Assembly (NCBI GenBank): GCA_951406725.2
Contig: OX597815.1
Span: 53,320,001 to 53,384,000, forward strand
Source of the DNA: Octopus vulgaris
Lineage: Eukaryota
Direction of reading: 5' to 3'
Length of the DNA stretch: 64,000 bases
Under the pieces are notes generated by a model that had not been told where the DNA came from, made no database searches, and saw only the letters and a program-made list of their open reading frames with translations. Position 1 is the stretch's first letter. Each line of letters begins with the position of its first letter. Positions 14,090 to 29,361 of this stretch are shown piece by piece. The translations under genes were made by a program, and so were the position numbers.

Positions 14090-14301
14090 CTTTTCTACTC
14101 TAGGCACAAGGCCCAATATTTTGGCGGAGGGGCCAGTCGATCGGATCGACTGCAGTACGCAACTGGTACTTAATTTATCGACCCCGAAACGATGAAAGGC
14201 AAAGTCGACCTCGGTGGAATTTGGACTCAGAACATAAAGACAGATTAAATACTGCTAAGCATTTCACCCGGTGTGCAAACGTTTCTGGAAGCTCGCCACC
14301 T
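14090..14301 (-). mobile_element. SINE family A copy with 16-bp TSD
   Basis: Reverse complement of family A; ctaaataaactttact duplicated at 14074-14089 and 14302-14317. Confidence 0.92.
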
Positions 14302-14489
14302 CTAAATAAACTTTACTGAATCAGTAAATCCTCTATAGTTGGATACTGACTGACAATCAACCGAGACAATTTTAAATTCCTATTATACTGCTTTTTATGT
14401 TCATTGACAAATTACACCGATCATGTTGGGCCATTAATGATATGTCAAACATTTATTACATAATATTAGAATGACAAACACACACATAC

Positions 14490-14630
14490 ATCTTGTTTCA
14501 GCCACGGGCTTCTTTTAATTTATGCCTAGCAAATTCACTAGGGCCTGGGCTATAGTAAAAGCCCAATGTGTTACGCAATAGGACTCAACTGGAAACCATG
14601 TGGTCAGGAAGCAAGCTTCTTAAAACACAC
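14490..14630 (-). mobile_element. SINE family B 5' fragment
   Basis: ctatagta..gggactcaactggaaaccatgtggtcaggaagcaagcttctt matches the reverse complement of the family B head. Confidence 0.6.
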
Positions 14631-16045
14631 ATACACAGACACACACACAGACACAAAGACAGACAGATAGACACACACACATGTATACAAACACCAAACA
14701 ATCTTACTCAAAGCTGATTTTTGTATGAAAACAATATATTCAGATTTCAAGCACCTATAAAATGATATAAATTATATAACTGATTATGCTCATTGATATA
14801 TCACAAAGAAAAAAGAATTGAGTAATTAATACATCTACTAATGAAATGCTAGAGTAAATAGATATGTCAGTCACATCTTGGAGATTCGATGAGGTTTTAG
14901 ATAAAGCATAAGGTCAACGGTTCATTTTATGTCATCGGCACTCTTATGTGTTCGTGGCCAAGACACTTAACTCTCAAATGGCTCTGTTCAAATGTTCAGG
15001 AATATTTGAATACTACAATTTGAATAATCAATAAGGTAAATTAATTGAAAGTTGGTTAAATGTGTTTCTCAACACGATCGCAGCTCTTACAAGTATGAGT
15101 GGTATTAAGGTGAGAGTAATTTATATCATAATATGGTTTGGCTATAAAATATGTGGGGGAATTTACAACTCAGAAGGTAACTGCTATCGTCACTTGAATA
15201 TAGATGATCAAAGATGCCAAGTATGATGTGTCTATTAAAGTCTAACACTATCATATAGTTGTGAAGTTTTGCAAGTTATCAATGATGATGATAAAAGCGC
15301 AATGAGAAATATTAGAGAAAGGTTGAAAGGCTGAAAGGCTGAATATAAAAAGAAATGCCGACAAGTAATGGCTTCAGATAATATAAATTATTCTACTTAG
15401 AACTAATATACGAATGTTGTCTGTTAGTTGTTCTCAGCTGCAAACTAGAGAATATATATCACAAAAGAAAATTTAGTTCAAATCAAAATAGCTGTTATGT
15501 GTTTATCTTACAATAAAGATGTTTTCATCTGAAATTTCATATCGAATATGCATCACTTCGGTCAATCATACGACCCTGGTTTTATATTTCCTGATAAACA
15601 TTGAGTGCAAAAAATATTAGTGAAAGCAAACTTAGAAATTGTGTCGTAGCTAGTGACTATAGTCTGGTAATTCGCAAAGTGAACTGTATCAAGAATAATA
15701 AATATTTGATTAGATTAAATTTATTATAATGAATGAATGGAATACACATTTATGAAATTAGTAAGTAATCTATTTGGTAATATAAAATATAAAACGTGTA
15801 CAATATTTGATATGATTGTACATTTTCTTCAATATATATACTTTTAACACAAATTATCTATTTAATATCTACGATCCATTCTATTTGATACTACCCAGTC
15901 ATGATTAGCATATAATCACCTGGTCTTATTCTATAGCGTCATTTGTCTGAAGTTTCCTAAACGTAATCAAGAAATTACCATATTGCAGTTAATCATTAAT
16001 AACACATACACACACTCATAGATTCAATACTTTTCTTCCATTGTA

Positions 16046-16081
<36 letters not shown>

Positions 16082-17756
16082 TGTATGTATGTATGTATGT
16101 ATGTATGTATGTATGTATGCATGCATGCATGCATGTATGTATGTATGTATATATCTATGTATCTATGTATGTAAGTATGCATGCATGCATGCATGCATGT
16201 ATGTATTTATGTATGTATTTATGTATGTATAATTTTAGCAGGTGATACTGTTCTTCACTGCACACACTACAAGAATAACATCAAAACATTGTGTCTTCAA
16301 CAAAGAAGATATGAACTTGTAATGTATCACACCAAAGAAATCTTGCTGTTTCCATCACTCTCCTAGTTTAAGTGTATAGGTAAAAATCATTATGAAGTGA
16401 ATCAACAGAAGGTACTTAACACATTGTCAGAGAACTGAGTCGGCACCTGCGATTAAATGAATCAATTTGTAATGAAACTGTTAGTTCTTAAAAAAATTCG
16501 TAGTGAAAAATTAGAATACCAAATTTCACAATCCAAAGATTGCAATATCGAATTTAGATGTAATAGGAACAGGTAGAATTCGAATATACAGTATTTTCAT
16601 CCAATACCTAATATCACTTTCTAAACAAAATACTTTACAACAATACTAACTGTAAGAAGGTATTTTATTTTGACTCTTGAAATATTCTTGAGATGTTTCT
16701 TATAACTTCGAACAATTTTTGAGTCGTAACCATCAAACGACCTCATACTGGTTTCTCAACCAAAGTCACATATAAGTTCCCATCATCTTCAGCTCAAACC
16801 CTCAAATATTCCTTTGTCAAATTAATTATGTATTAGTCAATAATTTTTGGCAATTATTACCTGGGGAATATATGAGTTATTTACAGCATTGATTATATAA
16901 ATTAATCAATTCTATTTATATACGAAAGTATTCTTAATCTTTCTCTAAAACAAACATCTATCCCATCAGATTATCCTGTATTGTGACATATATATTTGTT
17001 ACGAGTCTGAGTGGGAAAACAAGTAGGAACCTGACAGTATCCAACCAGGTCAAAACTATGCCTAGTTAACATATTAATAAGTAAGCTTTCATAGAAATAA
17101 TATAATTTAAATCATCTTATCCACAAAGTTCATGAAATTTGTCTAGTAGATATTCGGAATTTTTAAAAACGAAATTATAATTACCTACAAAAATAATAAC
17201 AACAATTGGGACGCTTATATTTAGAAGAACAGAAACACTATATGTATATGGAGGGTGGAAAAAAAGGAGCGTAAATACAATCAAATCCGAACTAACAAAG
17301 GAAAAATGATTACATTCTTAGCTTGTTCAATATTTCGAATTTAAAATTCTTTATCACAAAAAAAGTGCGATAAAGAAAAAGAGGAAAGAAGAGTGTGGTC
17401 ATTTATCTGCAATTGGCAAACTTTTCAGCCTTCTTTTTTTGTACTACAAAAGCAAATTTTGAGCCAAAAAAAGTTTTTTCATCTTCTTACAAGGACTAAT
17501 GAAACTTTTTTAATAAAAACTTTCTTTACTGTGAACATAATACATGTAAATACACCAATGAATGCACGCAATGACATGCACAAACACATACTTTGATGCA
17601 TGCACACACTCGTATATATGTATATGATATCTATATCTATATGTACATATATATATGTATATATATATATATATATACAAATATATATATATGTATATAT
17701 ATATATATGTATATGTATATGTATATGTATATATATGTATATGTATATGTATATGT

Positions 17757-17840
<84 letters not shown>

Positions 17841-20607
17841 TATGAATGTTTCCCTGTTTCGGAGATTGCCTCACTTTGAATGTATTGAGGTTGTGACTGT
17901 AAAATACAGACTTAATATGGTGAAACCTCACTTCTAGAAAGATTGATGAAGAGAGCAGGACTTGAATTGTTTTAAAAGAAAACAAAAATAACCAATTCAC
18001 TAAGAACAAGAACAACACCAATAGCCATAATATTGGCAGCAATAATAACAACCACAACGTTAAGTGCAGCAGTGATTGATAGTACTGAAGAAATGTGTTG
18101 TTTACTGATAAGTTCGAAAAATACAGATAAATCTTGACGATATAGTACGTCAAGATATTTTTTCTCTCTATCTGCTCTTCAAAATCTACTCATTGCTTTC
18201 TTTGTGTTTGTTACAAACTAAATGAATGGTTGCGACTGAATGGAAGAAAATTAAAATAGTGTACAGGCTTTAATAAGTTTTGAAAAGAGAATCTTGACAT
18301 CTGACTGAAGTCATGTGTGATTAAACAAGAGAAAATATTTCATTACTATCACTTCATACATACATACATACATACATACATACATACATACATTCATACA
18401 TACACACATACAGACATACATACATACATACATACATACATACATACATACATACATACATACATACATACATACATACACATACAAGTATATGAACATA
18501 CTTAAACATATACGTACTTAGGTAGATATATACATCCACATCAACACCGTTTCAGACAAACCTCTCCATGATAGATTTGAAAATCAAAAGAATGAACCAA
18601 AAGATTTTTCAGCGATATATATCTTACAAACGAGTGATAGAATAGCAGAAAATGTAGCGATTAGACACGTAGTTCAAATGCTCTCACGGTCGATAAAATT
18701 AGAGTGAATCGTGAACTTTATACAACTATATCTTTCTAAACGATTAGTACGTTTCCACTAAATAGAAGACAGCGACACGTAGATTATCGTAGAATAACGG
18801 TTCGCCTGGAATTCGTTTAGTTATTTATCTTATGGATTATATCGGTGCATTTTAGAAGTTTGCCAAGGGAACCAAACTCACAGCCAAATTAACAACACTA
18901 CTTCCTGTCCCTTGCTCACTCTGTAACGAAGAGCAAGGTCTTAAACCGCCTGATTTTTCACACCTCATAAAACTTGAACTCACGATAATCACCTATACAC
19001 CCATCTATAACCCCTTTTCTAAGATTACAAGATCTCCAACAAGTTCATTAATTTACCCAATAAATTTTAGGAAAGAGAACGCCAAGCTAGCGCTTCCTGG
19101 ATGGCTGATTGTTACTGTTCGCATTCAGAGCTAGGTCTAAGGGTCAATCAGTCAAAAATGGTTTCAGTCGTGAAGGTCTTATACTTACTTTTAGGCTACT
19201 TTAAAATTCAGGCATACCTAAACTAGGTTGTTTCGAGTCATGACATTTCGTACATTACGTCATTCTTTTTAATAAATAAACTTTAACCTCAGTCGATTTA
19301 TTCATCTTTACATCGGTCTCAGGGTACATATTTAAAGGCATAATAATTTTAAAAAAGTAACAATTTAAAACCAACACTGAAATGAATGGAAAACAAATAA
19401 AAAAAAGCATGTGAAGATATATAAAAATCAATTATTAAAACACACAGCCTAATAGATGTTTTGAATGATTTTTCATGTCACATCGTTTTCCAAGTGAAGT
19501 CGCATGTCATGGAACCAATCATTGATGTAAGTTGATGAATGCCTATACTTGGTTCAATATGTTCCTCCTATTGTAAAATAGCAGTATGTAATATGAAGGA
19601 AATTTATTGTTGTTTCCAGCAGATCAAGGACTACATAGTGAATTAGAAAATTTCTTGTTGATTCAAGCTCATTATAATGTAATTATTGTTGTAGCTGTTT
19701 TTAGATACAATATTGTCTTCTATGACCGACTAGACGATAGTATTGAAGATATTCCAGACATAACCATCTAGTCTTGCACTAAAGAGATGAGATTATCTAG
19801 GACCATATTATCATCTAATATCCACCACTCGCTTTTAAAGAGAGTATGGCGTGATTTGAGATTCACCTGCTATATGTTACAGATCAGGTGACCCCCACAA
19901 ACGTTTTTCTCATTGCCTTGATATTAGATTAAGGTATCACTGACTTCATTCTCTTCTTGCTAACTGTAGTTTAGATCCTGAAATAGACTACAACGATTAT
20001 GTTGATTGGGGTCCAGGAAGCTCTGTTCTGAACAACTTTAGTGGTATTTCACTGATAATCTGGAACGAATTCATGACGTACACACGAGAAATCAGACTTA
20101 TCGTTGGGAGTTGTTTTTGAAACTAAGATCAACCAGCATTTCGAGTTCGTATTGCTACATGGAACTCATATAGAAGTATTCTACCATCTGAACAATACAG
20201 GAACAGTTCATTTACTCTGAGAATCAACAAGAATGTATAAAAGAAGTCCGTTATAGGAAATTTAGATCATGCTTACATCACAGTGTCCAGTATATCATAA
20301 GTTGTTGATGATAGACGCCTAGTAGGGATCCTTCAATGCTAACTCAGTGACTTTACATGGCTCAGGAAATGATGATTTCCAAAGGACACATCCAGAATGG
20401 TTTTATAAAACATAAAAATGATGAGGTGGAGGAGGACGATGATGATAATAATGCTGATGATAATGGTGATGATGATGATATTGACAGTAGTTTAGGCCGT
20501 GACAACCCTGAGTGAGCAATACTAACAAACATATTCCAGTTGAAGTAGATTCAGTATGGTGGAGGGATATATATTGAAATATCGACCTAAATGATATGAC
20601 CATTACA

Positions 20608-20780
20608 GTAGTATTAAAACTGCATGGCACAAAACACTGCATAGTACTAAAACAACATAACAATAAAATAGTATAAAAATAAAACTGCATGCTATTACAA
20701 AAGCATGGTACTAAAGATGCACAATATTAAAATTACGTTGTACTAAAAGTTCATGAAATTAAAACAGCATAATGTTAAAA
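20608..20780. repeat. Degenerate ~16-bp minisatellite (ctgcatggtactaaaa-like)
   Basis: About 10 diverged units with recurring gcat...taaaa periodicity. Confidence 0.6.
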
Positions 20781-23497
20781 TTATAGATCTATATACATTG
20801 CGAGTATACTGAAAATACCTCACGAAGTGATGGCCGCACCCTGCATTGTTACGGATTGCTCTTTGGCACGTCATAGCACTCGTTCAGCCACCCTGCTACG
20901 GATACGGCAAAGTCATGGGATTGCAGCATTGTGGATTATGAAGAGGTATCAGAAGAGCTCAGCTGAGCCAACGGTGCTTCTTACACTGATACTGAGTGGA
21001 GAAATCCTATTAGATCAACGGTCAAGATCACCAAGCTCTATCAAGAGAGTAATTACAACGCATTCATAGGGTTGTGAGATCAACAAATGAAAGATTTACT
21101 GTGGCACAAGCCCCGAATTCAAATGGAACTGGATGGTGACTAAGGGTGATGGGAATCTGCGAAAGCAGCGAGGAAAAAAATGATATATATAATTTCTTTA
21201 GGATATCAAATTCTACTGATTTGAAAAAGAAAGGACACATTGGATAATATAGTCTCAGATACGTTGTCTGAAATATAGAGGGGAATGTCAGAACTCCTTA
21301 ATTCCTTTTAACAAACGCAATTGACCTTCGGTTTGCAGTTTTAGGGTGTCCTTGGGCGAAACAATAATAATATGACATCATTAACACTAGCCAAATTAGC
21401 ATTAACGCACTTTGCTATAACAAACAATTAAATAAATTATCAAACAAATGAACTAAATTATCAAACAAATAGAATTTGGTGTAACTGATATCAGTATGTA
21501 AAATAGACACAGTTTAATACCGTGCAAATTGTAAATTGGGGTTTAGATTTGAAAACTGATCATTTGAGAGATTTAAAAATATGATTAATCTTCCTTTAAA
21601 TGTATATATCGTGCGTATGTGCGAGTGCATAAGTGTGTGTGCGTGTATGCGAGTACATATGCGAATATTTCAGAGTATAAGTGTGTGCGTGTTTGAAAGA
21701 GAGAATATTAGAATAAGTGATTATGTGCATATATGTGTGTGTACAGGGGTAAGTATGTGTCCAGATGTGTAGGAGTGTGTGTTTGTGCATGTAATAATGT
21801 ATATGAGTGTGTATGAGTGTATGTATGTAATTAACGAGTGTCTTTTTTCTTTCATTTGTCTCTTATTTATATATTTATTTATTTATAAATCGCCAAACAA
21901 TTTTGTCAGCAATGTTCTTTTTCTTCATTTTCTCATTCCTACACTTCATCACTCTTTCACTCTGCCGCTTCTTCTATAATTATCCATTCTTTACCACATA
22001 CATTAATTTCTAAGAATCTATATTCTCTCTGGATTTATCTTTCTCTTGAAAACCTCAATTAGGTGATTTCTCCTATTATAAGTTCACATTGAAGAAAAAC
22101 CACAATTCTTATCTCCACAGATATTTACTTTCATATTCACAATACTCTCCACCACAACCACAAACTCCAGTCCTCCGTTTTTATTTCCTTTGTCACTTAA
22201 CTCTTTAAACGCGTCGAACACAAACATCATTTCCTTTTCAATTTCTTAATTTTACTTGCCTCTTTCCACTTCTATGTCTTCCCCATCTTCATTTTTCATT
22301 AAAATGTGTTCTTTTGCTTTATTTCTGTTCATATATTTCCGCCGCCAAACTACCCCCGCTTCGACACGCAAAATTTAGATAGTTGATTACCTTTCAAAAA
22401 GCTAATAGCCATTGGATGAAGCTGTCACCATCAAGCCAGAATGCGTTATCATCTTTTTCTGCAAACAAAGAAATGCTGCAAGTCTAAACAACAAGAACAA
22501 TGTTGTCATGTTTCACCACGTAGTTTGGTAGTTTAGAACACAGAGCTTTGAGAATCGAGCTACAATTCTCATACTGAGCACCACCCATTCCCCAACTCTC
22601 TTACATCCACTCCGTCAAACCATCTTTTGTTGTGCAAAGGACGTGCAGAGAAATTAATTAACGGCCGCCCAGTAACTTACAGCGTCGACAAGACGTCACT
22701 TCGCATTTCTCCAGTGTATTTCTTACTTGTTTGATACTATCCAGGAATTCAATGAGTGAGCACTGTGCATCGCAGTGTGCTTTTACCTTAGCTCAATCAC
22801 TGCATGATTACACGTATCTTCCAATTGAAGATGACACAGCAGGTGCTCGTTGGTAACTGAGTTGTGAATGACCTCGGGGTCAGCTAAATCACGGGAACTG
22901 TCATCGAATGAGTGCAGAGATCAGGCTGCGAGCATAACCTCTAGAATGTTAGTGACGTCATTTACGGCCCATTGCTGATTAAGTTGTCGATGTATGGAGA
23001 ATTTAGGAATAGATTATGAAGACAGCAAATAGTTAGTCGGATATGTGTGTGTATGTGTATCTGTGTGTGTGTATGCATAAATATGTAGATAGAGAGAGAT
23101 AAAGTTAGCTAGATAAGGATTTCATTCCACACACACACGCGCGCGCGCGCGCGTGAATGAGAAATATAAAGATGTTGATGGGTAAGTGGGAACTGAGGGT
23201 AGGAAATACCTAATGACATATACACAACGAGACATACATTAAGGGAGGGGAAATAAAATATGCAATCTAAACAGATTTTCAAAAGAGAGATAAAGTGGAA
23301 GAGAGAGAAAGAGAGCGAGACAGACATACAGGGACAGAGAGAGAGAGAGAAAGAGAGAAAGAGAAACGGTGTAGACAGGCACACACACACTCACAAACAT
23401 ATATATGCTTGTAATGTACATATATAAATATATATATGCATGTAATGTATATATATATATATACATATATGTGTGTGTGTGTATATATATGTATGTT

Positions 23498-23534
<37 letters not shown>

Positions 23535-25881
23535 GCACACATACACATATATATGCGTGTGTGTGTATGTGTGTATGTGTGTGTGTGTGTGTGTATGTAT
23601 GCAGAGAGAAAGAAAGATAGCTAGATAGATTGATAGAATGGACAGATAGGAGTAAAGAAATTGAAAAAAAAATTGAATGTGAACGAGAAATGGAAAACAG
23701 AGTTAGGAGCAGCTGGTATGGATGGATGGGCTAACGCCTCATTTTATCACTTTCCATTTTAAATGACGGATCTGGCTTTTTATATCCGTTGCGATCTCCC
23801 GTTGTTCGCTACAGATGAACTCTTCACGTGTTGCATAAGACAGTCAGGTAATCGCACAGTGTGCTGTCTTTATAATGTCGACTGCAAGGTTAAAAATGCT
23901 GGCGATAAATTCGAGTTGAGGGTTACGAACCGAAAAGAACACACATATTGCGTTGATAACAACTTATCGCTTTGTGAAAACAGTAGGCACTTTTTCCATT
24001 TGCCAGTTGATGGCAAATACACAAATTAAGTTGTGGTAATGTCACTATGAATTCAGTATGATGTCACATCTGATGTACATAGCACGAGAGAAAACTCAAA
24101 CAAAATATGTAAAAAAAAATGCATAGAAAAAAACTGACAGAAAATTCTTTAGAAAACTAATCAGCAATTTTGATAGATTAATGTTTTTATGTTTATACTA
24201 TCTATTTTTGTGATTTGGTACTTAATTGGTGGCAGTGAAAGATTTCCTTCATAAACAGCAGATAGTGTGATTGAAATGAAACTCAAAGGCCAAATACTGA
24301 CCAAATTCATTGAAAAGTTTCAGCTGAGAGACAGAATTCCTTCTCTTGGCAATATCTTCAAGAAGCGGGTACTGTATTACAGAATATTGTTTCACTGCGC
24401 TCTCGAAGCTTATTTATTTGAGTGTGGCAGACTACTAACACCCTGAATCTCTTTTTCTATAGATATATTTGTGATTATGTAAAACATATTATTAATAATA
24501 TAAAGTAATAGTCATATGAGGGTTTATAGCTTCTAAAAAATAGTTTGGTTGACGTTTGGTGTAATTTCCATCTATCTATGCTGATATTACTCTTGGGAAA
24601 AAATATTGAAGACCATCACTATGTACAGAAGGCTTTAATCCTTCTGTTCAAACCATTTTCATAAATTTGTCCCAAACGTCCATGCTTGTTCTCGAACTTA
24701 TTTAGCCCTTATTCCATACATTCATAAGTAACAAACTTTTCCTTTCTTAACACCCAACTTACTCTGATGGTCGAAAGAACGGGAATGTGTATCATATATT
24801 ATGCATAGACGCCAGGGAAATATGTCACATTTATCACATGTATCACATGTGTCACATGTATCACACGTGATGCACAGGACAAGTAAAGGGTTAAGCGTTG
24901 AATAGATATCGCTGATAATGAAAACAATATTAGGATAAATTTACGTCGTTAATATTCTTTGGAAATACAAAATTGTCACATAGACTCCAAACTTGTTCTC
25001 AGTGATTAGGGGACTGAGGTGGAATTCAGTAATACATTAAACATTAAATAAGCTAAATGTTGAACTCACAGTTATTCAGTCACTACCATTATAGCGAATA
25101 CGTTTGATACACGTTTGTTAAACACACTTCCTGATCTATCATATCACTATTATAGCGGCCTCTTATCCACAGAGCTAATTAACAGAATACTCTATAGATT
25201 CAAGTTCATTCGTCTTATCCAACTTTCCTGTAGCCATCCCTCACACTATGTTTCACCTAAACATTTCACCTTCTAAACCTATATAACTCAGAGCCTCGTG
25301 GGTGGGGAAGGAATTACAAATTCCTTTCCCACCTACGTTTTCTTGACGAAATTGACATACAGAAGCTCAAACTGGACATCAGCTGTATCACTCATTAATC
25401 TGTATGACTGGTGACGTTCATGAATAACTTGATAATATCAGATTTAGAATATGCTGATATACTCATGTTTGTTGTTAATCTTTATTTAATAGGAGAAGAA
25501 ATAATAATTTCTGACATAAACACAAGGCCAGAAACTCTTTCAAATGAGAACAATCGATTATATCGAAACTAGTATACGTGTGGTACTTTATTTTATCGAC
25601 ATCGGAAGGATGAATGGCGAAACTTACATGGACAGAATTCGAACTCTGTTGGTAAAAGTCAGAGCAAATGCTGCATACCATTTTGTTCAATACTTTTTTG
25701 ATTCCGTAAAACCACCGTCTTTTTCAGAAAAAACAAATGAAAAGTAACATTTCGTCGATTCTAAAGTTTTGTAGACCGAAACATACTAGGGACGCTCTGC
25801 ATTATCGTTGGACTTGCTAGAAATACCTACCAGATCTCACTCAAATTGCAGCCTATGCTTTTAAAAAAGAAGAGCACATTT

Positions 25882-26090
25882 TTTCTACTCTAGGCACAAG
25901 GCACGAAATTTTGGGTTAGGGGGCCAGTCGATTAGATCGACCCCAGTACACAACTGGTAATTAATTTATCGACTTCAAAAGGATGAAAGGCAAAGTCGAC
26001 CTCGCCAGAATTTGAACACAGAACGTAACGGTAGACGAAATACCACTAGGCATTTCGCCCGGCGTCCTAACGACTCTGCCAGCTCGCAGA
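25882..26090 (-). mobile_element. SINE family A copy
   Basis: ttttctactctaggcacaagg..gtcgattagatcgaccccagtac..ggatgaaaggcaaagtcgacctcg..tctgccagctcgc. Confidence 0.9.
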
Positions 26091-26421
26091 CCTGTAACAC
26101 ATTTGATCGAAGATCTACGCAATATCTGAGCTGACTCTTGAGCAATTTTGCCATAACTTTCTGGGGAAACAAGAAGAATCACGATACGCATTCATCGAGG
26201 TATCAGGACTCTCCTATCGATTTTAGCATTTACGCAATCAGTCGTTCGCTCAACTGAACAATCTGCTCTTTAAATTAACGTATGAAGTGTTTGGATATTT
26301 CCACACAGCCATATACACAATTCTCTGGTAAAATAAGAGTGACTATATTTTATGTGGTATTTTCCATCTACTATGTATTGTGAATTAAAGAATGCAATAA
26401 TCTAATAATGGTATTATTATT

Positions 26422-26494
<73 letters not shown>

Positions 26495-26619
26495 GTTTTG
26501 GTAATGTAATGAACTTTGTACTTTGTATATGTACCCATTGCTGTGGATGTAGATGTATACTTCAGTATATATATTTGATTATCTGTAACCTTATGTGTAT
26601 GTATATTATTATATATATA

Positions 26620-26657
<38 letters not shown>

Positions 26658-26751
26658 TATACACTTATATATATATATATATATTCTTGTGTATGTGTAT
26701 TTTGTTTCATGTTTATATTTACATTTTATATTTTTATAATTGTACTATATA

Positions 26752-26768
26752 GTCTCTGACGAGGCCTT

Positions 26769-26812
<44 letters not shown>

Positions 26813-26905
26813 TAACTCATTTTTAACTGCATGTTACCTCGATACATCTGACCAATATAGGCAGAATTAGATACCTTTATCTACAGGCTGAAACAGTTGT
26901 AAGAT
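26752..26905 (+). ncRNA. Minimal type-I hammerhead motif with large stem-II insertion containing (TA)n
   Basis: GUCU-CUGACGA-GGCCU[117 nt]AGGCU-GAAA-C-AGUU-GUA/AGAU. Confidence 0.6.
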
Positions 26906-27687
26906 CAATTTTATGTGTATTATGTTTATGGTATTATCTTACTTATTGATATATATTGTTTTATTTTGTTTGATTTGGATGTTCCTATTTATGTAGTTAA
27001 TAAATAATATGAATTGGTAATATCTGTAAGTCGATGATTGAAATGAAAATGTTCCTCCATTTTCTAATTTGTATTACGAATTTGAGGTAAATATTTTACC
27101 TTCGCCCATCTAATACATTAACTGAATTAATTGCATTGCAATTATAAGCATTTATGTATTTGCCTTTTGATATCCCATAGTGGGTTACACTCATAACCCC
27201 TATCTCACTTTGTATATATATATATATATATATTTATTTATTTATTTATTTATTATAGCGAAGAATGGATACAGATTTATTTATTAAAACGCATTTTTTT
27301 ATATGTGTTTCTGCTGAATAAGTGTCTTAGGTACCTTTAATATAATGGCTTGGTGTAATTAGTCTATTTATATTAAATCAATTGTAGCACACGTACAAAT
27401 CCAAAGGTTGACAGTCCTATATATTTTTATTCACGGTGTTTCCATTCTTCATTATGTCTTCATAATATACTCTGTATTGTACATTAAATATACATTGCAG
27501 CGAACATAGAATTTACTAGTCGAAGAGAGTACAATTTAATTGCTTCTTCTAAACGATTCGAGATGTTTCCTATGATTCGATGTGGCTAGCCAAGTCTGGA
27601 TTTAATGAGAGTGCGTATAAGGCATCTGTCCAGATTTCATATTCCTATTCCTTTGCGTAGCACAGACACACAGACACACACACTCAT

Positions 27688-27726
<39 letters not shown>

Positions 27727-27797
27727 TATACACACACATACACACACATACATATACACACACATATACACATACACACACACATAAATATTCATCA

Positions 27798-27940
27798 CAA
27801 CTGTCCAATAAACAGGAGCGTGAAACTCTAAGTAACAGTCCTGTGATAAATTTGCAGCTTTAATAAAAAGTTATATTACTCTACTTTTGGTATTCGAGTA
27901 GTATTTCTTCCACCTTGTTTTGCACTTATGTGCTCACCTG
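27798..27940 (+). mobile_element. Penelope-like terminal repeat fragment with decayed hammerhead; same family as 53495-53690
   Basis: aactgt-ccaataa-aca-ggag-cgt-gaaac-tctaa-gta-acagt, followed by tatattactctac..ggtattcgag..ccaccttgttt, which is shared with 53617-53680. Confidence 0.5.
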
Positions 27941-27947
27941 CGTGTGC

Positions 27948-28031
<84 letters not shown>

Positions 28032-28034
28032 ATA

Positions 28035-28936
28035 CTAGCTGACGTACCCGGTAATTCGCGGGAAAACGGGGCTTATCCCTTTGTTCCGTTCTCATAATTG
28101 TTTCGCTAATCCAATAACAGCAATACAAAGTATGTTCCCTTAAAACGGTTTTTGTGCATTTACAGAGAATACTGAACTGTCTTACACAGGATTTTGGTTT
28201 TAGGAATTCCCAATAAGTTATGAATACCCAAATTGTGAAATCAGTTATGTAATAACATGAAATTAGTTACCCGATAGTAAGAATTCAAATAAGGGTTTTA
28301 ATGCGTTCCCAGAGTATATAGAACATAAGAGGAAATACTAAGGTATGTATACTAAAATCGTGAACCATGTTACGTAATAACAAGCTAATCAGATATCAGA
28401 TAATAACAATTCAAAGTAAATAACTCTGAAAGCTCTTTTCTGCGTTTCCAGAGAGAAAGTGTTGAGGGGAGCTAGTGTTGATATATTCGTTTATAAGTCA
28501 CTAATCGAAATAAGTGGATCTATTGTTTAGGAAAATACTATTTACGTGTTTAAAGGCTGTACTGAATAAATTGCGAAAATAGCACTAACAGTTCAAATAG
28601 TTAGAAATAAGCATACTCAATCTAATTTCATCAAATGATTTAGGAAAATGAATGGGTTAATTTCCTTGGCTATATATAAGTATCATTTCCAGGGGCGAAT
28701 GGGTTATTTCCCTTGGTTTTTTTAAATAAAATATATTAGATATATATATAAGGATCCCTTCCAGGGGCCCTGTTATCGATTTTTTTTTTCAACAATCTGA
28801 GTATGCCATGAGGTTTCCAGACATGAGATCTATTCAGGTGTCAAGTTTAATCAAAATTGATAAAACGATCTAGGAGGAGTTAGCTAACAACTCCACAAAG
28901 ACACCCACGGACAGGATTTCCCACATTCGTAGTAGA
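28035..28936 (-). mobile_element. Non-autonomous Helitron (~900 bp)
   Basis: On the minus strand it begins TC(tactacgaatg) and ends CTAG, with a GC hairpin cccgcgaattaccggg 8 nt before the CTAG. It sits between A and T with no TSD; the empty site reads gtgtata|tgtacacac. Confidence 0.8.
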
Positions 28937-29316
28937 TGTACACACAAACTGACACAGTGTATGGGTAATTTCATATGCAACCGGTCATAATTTTCTGTGC
29001 AGTGGAAACACGTGCAGATGGTTGTAACCATAAAAATATGTTGCATGGCATTGTAAAATAAAAGGAAATAAATTTTGAAGATGTACCAGTCTCCATATTC
29101 TATATCATTATAATTATTGCAAATATACACTCCAGGTGAATTGTACCATCTAGTGAAGCGGACACGGAATTACCCATCCGAGGAATTTACAACAGAAGTG
29201 ACAACTTTTAGTAGTTATAAATGTTAAATACTATTTGATGATTCGATGCGCTTAACCGTAGTCAGGAAGATAACTGAGAGCTACCATAATATCCGCCCGT
29301 ATAATATATCCCTCTA

Positions 29317-29361
<45 letters not shown>

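Noticed and set aside
20820-21175. Possible RTE 3' remnant (DQQMKDLLW)
   Set aside because: Similarity too short and broken to support a call.
24761-24785. ctgatggtcgaaagaac, a hammerhead-like string
   Set aside because: A9 is absent, with no stem II and no closing stem I.
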